The notes beneath the pieces are model-generated. The model saw only the letters and a list, made by a program, of their open reading frames with translations, searched no databases and had not been told where the DNA came from. Of a stretch of DNA of 64,000 nucleotides, positions 48,640 to 58,833 are shown piece after piece. Position 1 is the first letter of the stretch. The number at the start of each line of letters is the position of its first letter. Source of the DNA: Eutreptiella sp. 'Long Island Sound 2002'. Its lineage: Eukaryota; Protista; Euglenida. Location: positions 7,440,001 to 7,504,000 of the forward strand of contig OZ038379.1 in the NCBI GenBank assembly GCA_964036045.1, given 5' to 3'. Position numbers and translations under genes: made by a program.

Positions 48640-49090
48640 CACGCAACTGTAGAAGGGTAAGCAAGGTGCTGTCCCAGACTATGAAACCCTGCCCTAACCC
48701 CATACCCAACACCGGTGCAAACCACATCCCAAACCATGTCAGTAATCCTGGTGCCAAACTAGGCTGAGTCCCTGTCCCAAACCCAATCCGGAATCCCATT
48801 GGAAACCCTTCTGCAAACACATCCACACAGCCCTCTCAGCAACCCCGTCCAAAGCCCCAGACCAATCCCTTGCCCAAACCTTTGCCAATCCCTATACCAA
48901 CCCCTTCACTGGCCCCACCCCCTGGCTGTAATCCCGAACCGTGGCCTGGACCCTGTCAGGAAACCCCCAAATCCTGTCCACAAGCTTGTCCCAAGCCTCT
49001 ACCCCATCCCTTTCCCAAACTGTATGCATTCCCCTGCAGGGCACTCCTCTAGCACCAAGTCCACCCTAGCAGATGATTCCAAGGCCTGAT
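48640..49090. repeat. Degenerate C-rich short-period repeat (CCCAAACC/ATCCC units)
   Basis: Recurring units; frames contain stops. Confidence 0.6.
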
Positions 49091-50483
49091 AGAATGGTAC
49101 AACCACCCTTGCCAAGCGACAATTATAATCCGTTCCAGCAGCACAGGCCATAAATCCTACACCAACTGACAGTTCCCCTTTCCCCCGTGTCCCGCTCCTT
49201 GTTGTGCCAAGATCAGCTTAGGTGGGCGCATCAGCTGGTCAGTGAACTTTTCTGACACACCAATGATACTCTCGCGTTGGACTCTGTGGCGCCATGTGAC
49301 ATGTCAGGCAGGACCTGCAATCTGTTGGAAGGATTTCTGTGGCCTCAGAAACGAGTGAACTATCATACTTGTCAACAAAGACGCGGACACACGCCATGGT
49401 AGTAAAATGGGCCCAAGTGTCATCAACCATGGGACAACCCATAGACATCTTCCCACTCCAGACTGAGTGGAGCAAAGTTCTTCGTGGGATGTCGGCCCAA
49501 GTGTGACCAAGCATGCAGGAAATGGAGAAGCATACGTTGGAGGTTGTTGCTGGTCGAGCATGAGGATGCCATGGAGACACAGAGTTGCGCAACGTGCGTG
49601 CACCTCAGCGCTGGGGATGGCCTCAGGAATGTCTGTGCCACTGCTCACAATTGCCTCTTGTTTCCTTCGGCCTCTTGTTTCCAAATGCAGCCTGGGGCTG
49701 GAGACCTTCCCCCCTTCGTCGCTGTGTGTGCGTGTGGATCCTCCACCAGCACCACTGATATCCGCGCACTGCACTGCACTATGTGTGTGTGGGGGGGGGG
49801 GGGGGGTCTAGTGTCCGGCAGGGGGACTGAGTTCTGGTAGGCATTAGTGCCACGGGCCACTCAGTAAAATCTGCTGCTATCGAGAGCTCATAGTGATGTG
49901 CACCGTGGACATGACCCCTGTAGTGCCATGAAGGCCCCAGCAGGCCCAGAGCGAGTGAATAGTGGGCCCTATGCTGAAGCAACACAAATGCTGCTGAAGG
50001 GCCCGCAGAGCCGCCGGGAGAGCACCCCAGTTGAAGATGTGGCGCAGCCCCAGAAGGTATTCAGGAGTTTGGGCGACAGAAGCGGAAAGCCACTGTCCTG
50101 ATGCAGAACACATGCGCTTGTGGCATAACGCCGCGTGAGTGTTACGCGCGTCAGATATAAGTCTCTTGAGACGCTTTGTTGTGCACACCTTCCATCGGGA
50201 TCGTTGGAGCATTGGGGTCTAAAGGGTCTGTTGCCACTGCAATTAAGCCGTTCAGAGCAAGCTGTCCGACAGTCTGGTGGGGGCCCGGCCCGCATCTGAC
50301 TCAAATTGAGTAGGATCCACCCACGTCCGATACGAGTCTCAGTATCACCCACCCGCATCGGATCTCAGACTCAGGATGATCTGCCCACATCCAATCTGTG
50401 GCCCCGGAGGAGGGATCCCCACGCCCTGGAGTTGCTGGACACGGCAGATTTGCCAGGGAAGCCTCAGTGCCCCCCCGCAATGC

Positions 50484-50852
50484 TTACTCCACAATCTCCA
50501 GCAGCTCTACGTCAAAGATCAGTGTGCTGAAAGGCAGGATCACGTCCCCTGCACCGCGCTCCCCGTACGCCAAGTCCGAGGGGATGTACAGCCGCCACGT
50601 GGCGCCAACCTGCATCAGACACAGGGCCTCCGTCCAGCCCTTGATCACCCGGTCCACCTGAAACGTCATGGGCTCGCCCCGTTTGTAGGAGCTGTCGAAC
50701 TCGGTGCCGTCGATGAGGGTGCCCTTGTAGTGGGCCTTGATGGTGCTCGTGGCCCCAGGGGTCGCCCCGGTGCCGGTCTGCAGGACCTCGAACTGCAGCC
50801 CGGAGGCGGTGGTGGCCACCCCTTCCCGAGCACCATTGATCCTCAGGAAGTC
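50484..50852 (-). CDS. FKBP-type peptidyl-prolyl cis-trans isomerase, last exon (end of FKBP_N linker plus catalytic domain)
   Basis: CCGGCAG| [24 protein letters not shown]...[20 protein letters not shown]...VIKGWTEAL...YIPSDLAYG...TLIFDVELL stop. Confidence 0.95.
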   Translation of the reverse strand, partial: DFLRINGAREGVATTASGLQFEVLQTGTGATPGATSTIKAHYKGTLIDGTEFDSSYKRGEPMTFQVDRVIKGWTEALCLMQVGATWRLYIPSDLAYGERGAGDVILPFSTLIFDVELLEIVE

Positions 50853-52801
50853 CTGCCGGAGGCGTTGGGCAGGTGGAGCGGGTGGGCACTTCTGGAGGGG
50901 CTGCGGTTGAGGGGGAGGGAGGCTGAAGGGGAGTTTAAAAAGGGGCCTGCCGGTGCGGTTACTGGCGGTTGGAAGGCAGTTTCAGTAGCCGTGCTGGCGG
51001 TTGCAAAACGATTGGAGGGCATTTGGGGGCAGTCAGAAGTGGTTGGGGCGGAACTGACGATCATCACCGAATGGGGGGATGGGGGGGACAACACCCCCTT
51101 CAAGCGCAGGCCTGACTTCGGGGCATGAGTCCCCTCTGAGGACCACCCGCCGACATACGAGCGCACGACAGGGCATGTGTCTAACCATCAGTGTCAGACC
51201 CCCGGGTGCGGACTCTCGACCAGGGGGGTCTTTTGGAGTGTTCGGAGGCCGCGGCTTTACTCCTGGCGCCGATGGAGTGCGACCTTCGAATCTTGAGATT
51301 CAAACCCGGAAACAAGGGCGCATGAGTCATGATGCAGTGCAGGTGTCTGCAGGGCCCTGTTGCCCTACCAACTTGAGAACCCCTGCCAGGAGTGAGGTGG
51401 GGTGCGGGCATCTGAAAAAGGCAACACTTGGAGTTGTTTGGGTGAAATAGCACTGGTCAGAAGGGGGTTTGCACCGGCCACTGTGCTTACTCTTACCACT
51501 CTTGCCGGGCTGCCCCCAGTTGCCCTTATATTTGCGGTGCTTGCGCTGCACCGCGTCAGATGTCCCCCATGGGTGGCTACGAGATGAGACGAAGCCATGA
51601 CTGCCAAAAACAAAAGGGCAAATGACCCCCTACAATGGCGAGGGGGCGTTCAGGGTATTGCAAGAGGAGGTACAACCTAATGACGGTGAGCTAAGCGAAG
51701 GTGTAGATGGAACCTTTGGTAGACTTACCATGTTGAACACCCTCACCTACCAAGAGATACTAGATTGCTACCACTCAAAGGCACATCACTTCAAAAAAGA
51801 GTGGCAGGAGGGACAGTGCAAATTGGTGTGCGAAAGGCGCACTGTCGAAACCGCACTGTCAGAGTCTCGCAAGGGGGGGGGGGGGGGTTGGCACAAGGCC
51901 TTGGTGGTTGGCTCTGTTAGGGGCCGCAAAGGGGGGGGGGGGGTTCAACACAGAACCACAACGTACAGGACCTACGGAAGGGGGGGCCACACACACAAAA
52001 AGACACCAGCATGCACAATGCACGGACAGGATCAAATGGGCCAAATTGCGGTTGAAAGCGCAAAATGCTGCCCAAACACCCTGCAACCAACCAAAAACCA
52101 CCGAACCAGCTACAGCTCAAGACCTGTGAGCTCCCTGAAATGCCTCCTCTTTACGGGCTTCCCTCCCTACAAGCAGTAACTGTCGGGTTCCGGAGAGAGT
52201 TGGGGGGTTGGGGGTGGGGCCCCAAAAAATAATTTTCTGTTGACGACATTTTTGACTTCGCCGTTTTGCTCCGAGCATTGTGAATACACACACGTTGGGG
52301 AGTAAAATCCCATTTTTCCATTCTCCACCTGCCACACCTTCGTCAGCTCTGTTGCCCCACAGGCCTGTGCCACGCCCGTGCCGTCTGTGGCATGTCTGAC
52401 GCACTCCCCTCCCCCGCCCCATTGGCACCTGCTGTTGCCCACGGGTGCAGGTTGGGGGGTCTTTGAGGGGTGGGGATCCGGCCCCACACGTGATACCCCC
52501 CCTGTGGGTTAGACGTCAGGTGGTTGGAAGAGGATGGGGATGGGGGCTGCTTGAAGGCCAAGGGGCCTCCTGTGTGCCATGATGTTTTTTAATTAAGACA
52601 AAAAAAAACTCGGGCTGTTCAGTAGCCAGCTTATTATTTGGGGATACAATTGGACAGCACTTGAAAGGCAAACAACGCCGGTTGGAGGAAAACCGACGGC
52701 AGTTGAAGATTCACCGAAGGTGGTAACTGACGGCAGAGGTCGGCGTTTGTTAACATCAAAAACAACACAAAAAGCCTTGCCGTGTGCACCGGATTTGTCA
52801 C

Positions 52802-53154
52802 CTCTTCGGGCTGCTTCTTCTCAGCATCAGCCTCGCGCATGGCCTGCTGCACCTTAGTCAACGCTGCCCGGAGCGTCTCCACTTCCACCTGTGTTGTACG
52901 ACCGTGCAAACCATCGGAGATCCCCTCGTACAAAGCAGTCTCGTCCACGCCCTTGAATGAGGTGTTGGCCAGATCGACCCCAATCTTCAGCCCCAGTCCA
53001 TAACTGGCCTTGGACTCGGTGGTCGGGAACTTTGTAGTGCCATTGTCGGTGGTGTAGCTAGCCCGCGTGATGAGCTTCGCGGCGGCCCTGTAGGGCCTCC
53101 AAGAGAAACGGGTACCAATCATAAGTGACGCCTGTACCCCCAGGAGGAAGACAG
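52802..53154 (-). CDS. FKBP gene upstream exon: hydrophobic leader plus FKBP_N dimerisation domain (Mip/FklB/FkpA-type)
   Basis: TTTGTCGCAG| ...KASYGLGLKIGVDL...VD..ALYEGISDGL... GAG|GTGACA; matches the FKBP_N SY.LG..IG pattern. Confidence 0.85.
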
Positions 53155-53689
53155 CTGCGACAAACAAAGCAGAGGGGGCTGTACAGGACGCTTTTTCATC
53201 GAAACAACATCAAATCAGGCGATCCAGTCACCGCCTCATTAGGTACACAATTGGACAGGGGTATCCAATAGCAGTAAGAAGGTACCTGATAGCGGTTGGA
53301 GGTCGGCGTTGTTTTTTTTTTCTTCCAGAAATCGTTCACTAACAAATGCCCTGGGCTGCGCGCTGGGATCTCAAGGGGGCACTATGATATGAGGGGTGAG
53401 CGATGCACTGGTGTTGGTCAACAGGCACCGCCCCAGCAGACATGCCTTGCGGAGTTGCACACTGTGCGCTTGGCTGACAACGAATTCACGCTCTGGATAC
53501 GTTCTAGCAGAACGAAGCCTACTAGCATCCGGCATGATTGTTGTTTGACGCCTCACTTGTTTTTTTCCGGTACACTCAAGACTGAATTTCGACCAGTGCC
53601 TGCAAGAAACTCAGTTTTGTGAGGAATGGTTCCGCCGTACGTGCCACTCAGTAATATCCACGACTGTCACACCCCGAACTGAGTACGAA

Positions 53690-54180
53690 ACAGCTGATCT
53701 ATGCAGCAACTTTTCATTTCTCCCCATCTCGGGGACTCCAAGACAGCAGGGGTTATGTAGCCACTTTTGATTCCAGCCCACTTTGGGGATCCTAGGACGG
53801 CAGCAGATATGAAGGCTCTTTGGACCCGGAGAAAGTTGGGGGTCTGCCACCACTGTTGATTTCCCCCCATTTTGGGGACCTCGAGACGGCAAGGGTCATG
53901 TCTCTTTGATTCCTGCCTAATTTAGGGACTCAGAAACAGCAGCAGTTCTGCAACCACTTTTGATTTTTCCTCATTCTAGGGACTCCTAGATAGCAAGAGA
54001 TATGTAGCCACTTGTGATTTCTCCCCAGTCTAGGGACCCCAAGACGGCAAGGGTTATGTACAGCAGGGGTTATGCAACCACTTGTGATTCTTCCCCATCT
54101 ATGGACCTTGAGATGGGACAGGTTTTGGAGCCACGTTTGATTCCTCTGCATCTTGGGGACCCCAAGCTGGCAGTAGTTAT
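53690..54180 (-). repeat. Diverged copies of the ~144-bp satellite family (another fragment at about 62470-62560, plus strand)
   Basis: GTAGCCACTTTTGATT and GGGGATCC/GGGACTCC motifs match the rc of the 1079-1511 units. Confidence 0.75.
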
Positions 54181-55560
54181 GCTACCACTCTTGATCTTTG
54201 TGATCCCTCCCTGCCATAAACACCCCAACACAGTAGGGGCTTTGTGGCACAAGGCTATGCCGGCACAGCATGGTACTGGTGTTGGGGAACTCTTACAAGG
54301 CTGCTAGACTCTACCTTTCAATTCAATAGGATTGAATTGGATGGAGGGCCGTTTGCCTTCTTGAGTCACACCCGCTATCTACGCATGTCTCATTGGTATC
54401 ACATTTGTTTGTTCTTTTTGTGCTTGCGGTGCTTTGCAACACCGCCACAATTTTATTTTGTTTGCACTCAAAAGCAATGCTTGCTAAGTCCACATTATGC
54501 CAATTGTGCATTAAAGGCGTGCACCATAAAGTGGTGTGGACCAAGTACATGGGAAACAAAGGTGGTGCGGACAGCTGGGGGGGGGGGGGATTTTTTACCG
54601 GGTGGGATATTTTTTCGAAGCCCTAGGGGAGCGGGGGGGGGTACAAAAAAAAGTTGGTCCTACAAAAAAAATTTTTTCTTCCCATGTCACACATCATCAT
54701 TCCCACGTCAGCAATGCATGTTGTTCGCTCAATCGTGAACTTGTGCTGCAATGCATGCTATGGAAAAGGGGCCACCGATAGCTACATGTCACAAATGGCA
54801 TGTAGGAGATGGGCTAGTACCTTGGATAGCCCATTAGGACTGCCAACTAGTGCCAAAGTCATGTCATGCCATGGATGGGAACACCATGATTATGTGTGTC
54901 GGGTGGCATTAACGTTAAGGGTTACAAAACCCCCTGAGTACTCTTAGCTACGTATCGTGTTGCAGCGCCCCACCCGGGTCTCTTGTCGGCCCCATGCACA
55001 GGGGCGAGAACCCGGGCAAGCAACTAGTGGACCCCGCGTGGGTACAATCCCGTCGTGGCCGTTCAATAGGTGCCCCATGTCTATTGTGGACCCCACGGCA
55101 TCAATCTTCCCACCCGGCTGCTCCAATTTCTCTGCCACTATGTACGTGTCCATTGCCTTACAGCGCTAGTTGATGGACCTCATGTGGTTCGGATGGCTCG
55201 TCTTGGCCGTTCAATGGGTGCCCCATGTCCGTTGTGGACCCCACGATGCAAGCTCTAATTAAACACTATCCAAAGGCCATTTGACTAGTGACTAGTAACT
55301 TGTTTATTTTGGTGAAAATTGGTTGTTTTTTTACCGTTTTTTTTAAACAAATTGTTTGCAAAAATGATCATTCTGCAGCTGCTTGCCTCCTTATACCCAT
55401 TCCTTTCATTGCAGGTTCATAGGACACAACTTTGTTCCATGTGGCTGGTACCATTGAGGTCTGTATAATTCTCTACTACATGTTTAGATATGTCTGTATG
55501 CCTTCAACTTTGGTACAAAACAAATCCCATGCTGTTTATTTTTGGATGCTCCCAATCCTT

Positions 55561-55640
55561 GTTTATTTATGGGACCTTCATTCAAATGTTTAATTTTGGG
55601 ACCTTCATTCAAATGTTTATTTTTGGGACCTTCATTCAAC
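55561..55640 (+). repeat. 27-bp tandem repeat x3 in the hAT subterminal region
   Basis: GGGACCTTCATTCAA at 55571, 55598 and 55625. Confidence 0.9.
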
Positions 55641-55829
55641 TGAAATGATTGTTCCGCTGTGCCTTGTTTTTTTTTCCCCCGCTGTTTGCGCTTGCATCTG
55701 AATAATAATATTGGCTCATCCCTTCCTGTAATCCATACCCTGCACATGAAACAAGAGCACAACATAAACATGCGGAACATCTTTGTATTTGTTTATGTGC
55801 GCGGGCTCCACTGCCCCACTGCAGTTGCT

Positions 55830-57515
55830 TTAGAAGTCCGGTGGCCACTCACTCCCCTCCCGCTCCCTGACAGCCCTGCTGTCGTGCTCCTGCCCGAGGC
55901 AGAAGCGCCTCTCCCCCTCACCCTCCTCTTCCTCCTGCCCCTCCTCCCCTTCACCACCCTCGTCCCTCTCGTTCTCCTCCTCGTCTTGTTCGTCATCGTC
56001 CACATTGATAACGTTGTCCTCTGGCGCCACGCATTGACTCGCCGGGGGGCCTGAGAAGCACAACTCATCACGTGCCCTCGCCACAAAATCACTTGCCTGC
56101 GACATGAATTCTGTGCGCCCGGTGCTGTTGTGCAGGGGGACACCATAAAACCGTGTATGGGAGCCCTCGTGAGAAACCAGAGCGGCATTGAATGCTGGCC
56201 ACTCATCACCTTCCCATCGCGCTACTTTGTCCAACTCAGCAACGCATGCCTCCACACTGTGATCAATCAGAGCAGAGCACCTCTTCGTCACCTGGATTCC
56301 CTGGGACATTAGGGCTGAAGCCTGCACAACATCCAGCATAAAAAACAGACCACATAGAAACACCTCGTTCGTGAGTGCAAAAAGCAAAGCATCTCTTTGT
56401 TCTTTGTGGACTGCCTTGCTCAGGTGTACCTCACGCAAACCAAGGACAACAATCACATAGCACCGCTTCATACGGCGCAAGGCATCTGCTGCAAAAGCAC
56501 ACCAGCGACGAGTGTGCAGATCCCCTAATTTCAAGAATGCGGCATCGAGGGCGAGAGCCAATGCATGCAATGTCTTGAGCCTAGAGGGAGCATTATTCCA
56601 AAACAGCGCAACACACTGCAACGTGTCAGCAAGTAGATCAAGAAACGCATGGTCGGAGGCGATGGCGGCCTTAAAGGCCAGCTCGCATCTGTGACACGAT
56701 GCGTGATATGGCACCACCACATCATAGCCTGCGATCTCCTTCTGCAAGTCGCCGATGATGCGGATAATCCCACCACATTCGCCCTGAACCACACTGGCCC
56801 CATCCCCACAGTAGAAAAAGAGCTTACGGATCCAAACATCAAGATCCACGTCTGCATGGGCCATTGCCCGTTTCAATGCAGTAACTATTCCTGGAGCGGT
56901 GCCGGAGGGGAGGGGTTGGCAAGAGAAATAATTGGTAGCCATCACTCCATCAACGACGGCACGAACATAAAAAAGCTCTTCTTTCTTTGCTGCGCGGTCT
57001 GTGCACGAGTCTGATGCGATGGAGAAAAAAGAAGACTCCTTGATTACTAGACCCTGGGAAATGCGAAATGGTTGGGAAATAAAGCGCAGCACCTCCCTAG
57101 CCGAGAAGGGTGAACGATAACTTGGGATAATTGTGCCTCCATTGAGTGACACGAGCTCGGCATCCCCTTCCACATGACTGAGGGGACCAGCGCGGTGCAC
57201 AATCCTGTACACGGTCCTGAATAGGACCAGGATGCCCTGTAGCACATGAGGGGGCAAGGTTTTAATGACCGACGTCACCCGACCACCTGATTGCCACAAG
57301 GCCAAGGACACAGCGTGTGAGCCCGACCGCTGGTGATGCTTAAGGGTGCACAACATGAAGTTTGAAGTACCTTGCACGAAGGGAACAGAGTGGCCAAGTT
57401 GAGGATACTGTTTACATGCAATGCACCACATCTTGTCCGTAGTAGCCTCATACCTTAGCCAAGACCGGGTAAGAAGCCACTCCCTTCTGAACTGCCGTTT
57501 CTTGGGGGAGGGGGG
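55830..57515 (-). CDS. hAT transposase (ZNF862/KIAA1586-like) with TTF-type zinc finger; C-terminal dimerisation region absent
   Basis: KRQFRREW..SWLRYE...MWCIAC...LKHHQRS.SH; SIASDSCTD; GDGAS; CHRCEL; TRRW. No CERGFS-type motif before the stop. Confidence 0.88.
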   Translation of the reverse strand, partial: PPSPKKRQFRREWLLTRSWLRYEATTDKMWCIACKQYPQLGHSVPFVQGTSNFMLCTLKHHQRSGSHAVSLALWQSGGRVTSVIKTLPPHVLQGILVLFRTVYRIVHRAGPLSHVEGDAELVSLNGGTIIPSYRSPFSAREVLRFISQPFRISQGLVIKESSFFSIASDSCTDRAAKKEELFYVRAVVDGVMATNYFSCQPLPSGTAPGIVTALKRAMAHADVDLDVWIRKLFFYCGDGASVVQGECGGIIRIIGDLQKEIAGYDVVVPYHASCHRCELAFKAAIASDHAFLDLLADTLQCVALFWNNAPSRLKTLHALALALDAAFLKLGDLHTRRWCAFAADALRRMKRCYVIVVLGLREVHLSKAVHKEQRDALLFALTNEVFLCGLFFMLDVVQASALMSQGIQVTKRCSALIDHSVEACVAELDKVARWEGDEWPAFNAALVSHEGSHTRFYGVPLHNSTGRTEFMSQASDFVARARDELCFSGPPASQCVAPEDNVINVDDDEQDEEENERDEGGEGEEGQEEEEGEGERRFCLGQEHDSRAVREREGSEWPPDF

Positions 57516-58060
57516 TCAGACGGCCGGCACCTCTCAACACAGGAGGTGCAAATACCATCTGTGGTGCACCCTGGACATACGCGGAAATGACACGTGTGGC
57601 ATTCCACATCAGGCGTGGACACTTCCTGTCCACAGGCACGGCAGGTGCACGAGAAGCAATGCACGGTTGATCCAACCATGGTCATGCACGCCTCATCAAC
57701 CACCTTGTGGCACCTCTGACAAGAATACTTGGTGCCACAAATGTTTGCACCACAACATGCACACCTTACCGGAACAAGAAGAAAAGGACTTAGGGAGGGG
57801 GTGGCACGTGAGGACGACGGAGGTGGGGCAGCCGATGCGCCTGAACTAGACGCCGGCTTCTTGAGGGTGAAGGCCCAGCCATCGCGCGTGCCATCCGACT
57901 TGGCGGCGCGCATGACTTGGATGTGGGCCAACTTCGTCAATGACCCACCGTCGGGGGAGTGTAGGTACCAGAGGGCAGCCGCGGCATTGCTGAAATGCAT
58001 CCAATCAGCACCCTCGGGAGCGACCGGACCGAGGCGGCGCATCCATACATCACCACCCAT
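57455..58060 (-). CDS. N-terminal module of the hAT ORF: NUMOD1/IENR1-like HTH plus two C8-type (PHD/FYVE-like) fingers
   Basis: HFSNAAAALWYL...IQVMRAAKSDGTRDGWAF; CACC-x10-CQRC-x4-DEAC-x9-CFSC; CRAC-x10-CHTC-x4-CPGC-x5-CTSC. One base out of frame with the transposase at the G6 run 57510-57515. Confidence 0.65.
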   Translation of the reverse strand: MGGDVWMRRLGPVAPEGADWMHFSNAAAALWYLHSPDGGSLTKLAHIQVMRAAKSDGTRDGWAFTLKKPASSSGASAAPPPSSSRATPSLSPFLLVPVRCACCGANICGTKYSCQRCHKVVDEACMTMVGSTVHCFSCTCRACGQEVSTPDVECHTCHFRVCPGCTTDGICTSCVERCRPSDPPPPRNGSSEGSGFLPGLG

Positions 58061-58707
58061 CCCGAGATGCGAAATAGGAAAAGAGGGACTGAAGGGTAAA
58101 CAAACAAGAAGACGAGAGATGATAATTCTTCTGGCACATTGGACAAACACAGGAAACAGCAAAGTTCAGGCTTTGTCTATCTATTTATGGTAATGCGTAC
58201 GGACATGCGGTGAATTAGAAGCGAGAACTTTGTTTATTTTGTGTTGAAGCTTGTTGTTCTAATGTGGATGTACAAATGCAATCCGTCACAAAGTGTCAAG
58301 AGGCACATTTCCCTGACCTCTTTGTTGTAAGCGAACGAGATGGCGTTTATGATTATTTAAATTTAAATGATACCTACCGGAAATGACAACTTGCAAGCGA
58401 ATGGCACAACAAGGCAACCCAAAACCTTCCCCAATGCATGCAACAATATGTGAAAACACCAATAAACATCAATAAACATCGATAAACAGCGATTCTCGCC
58501 CCAAAACGGGCGTTTTTTGAAAAATAAACGCATAAACGCGTTTATTTTGAATTTGACTAGCGACTTGAATAGCAGTTAATTAGAGCCTGCCACGATGCCC
58601 ATCTTCCCACCAAGCTGTTTCACTTTACACTATCATACCATGTACACGGCACAGCCTTGGTGCCAATATATGGCACCTGCTCCAAAATGACCCAGTGATC
58701 TAACTTG

Positions 58708-58833
58708 GAGATCCAAGCTAGTTCACGCATTGGAGATGCAAGCCCGTTCACACAATAGAGATCCCAGCCGGTTGACACAATGGATATCCAAGCCGGTTCA
58801 CACAATGAAGATCCAAATTGGTTCACAACATTT
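58708..58833 (+). repeat. 25-bp degenerate tandem repeat x5 (GAGATCCAAGCCGGTTCACACAATG)
   Basis: Direct read. Confidence 0.85.

Larger units (their letters stand above)
55249..58589 (-). mobile_element. hAT DNA transposon, 3341 bp
   Basis: TIRs CAAGCTCTAATTAA / TTAATTAGAGCCTG. Perfect 8-bp TSD CCACGATG (55241-55248, 58590-58597). The flanks rejoin to match a neighbouring repeat unit at about 55056-55118. Confidence 0.95.

Noticed and set aside
51622-51860. Protein-like fragment MTPYNGEGAF...KEWQEGQ
   Set aside because: No recognisable family or splice context; it dissolves into a poly-G repeat.
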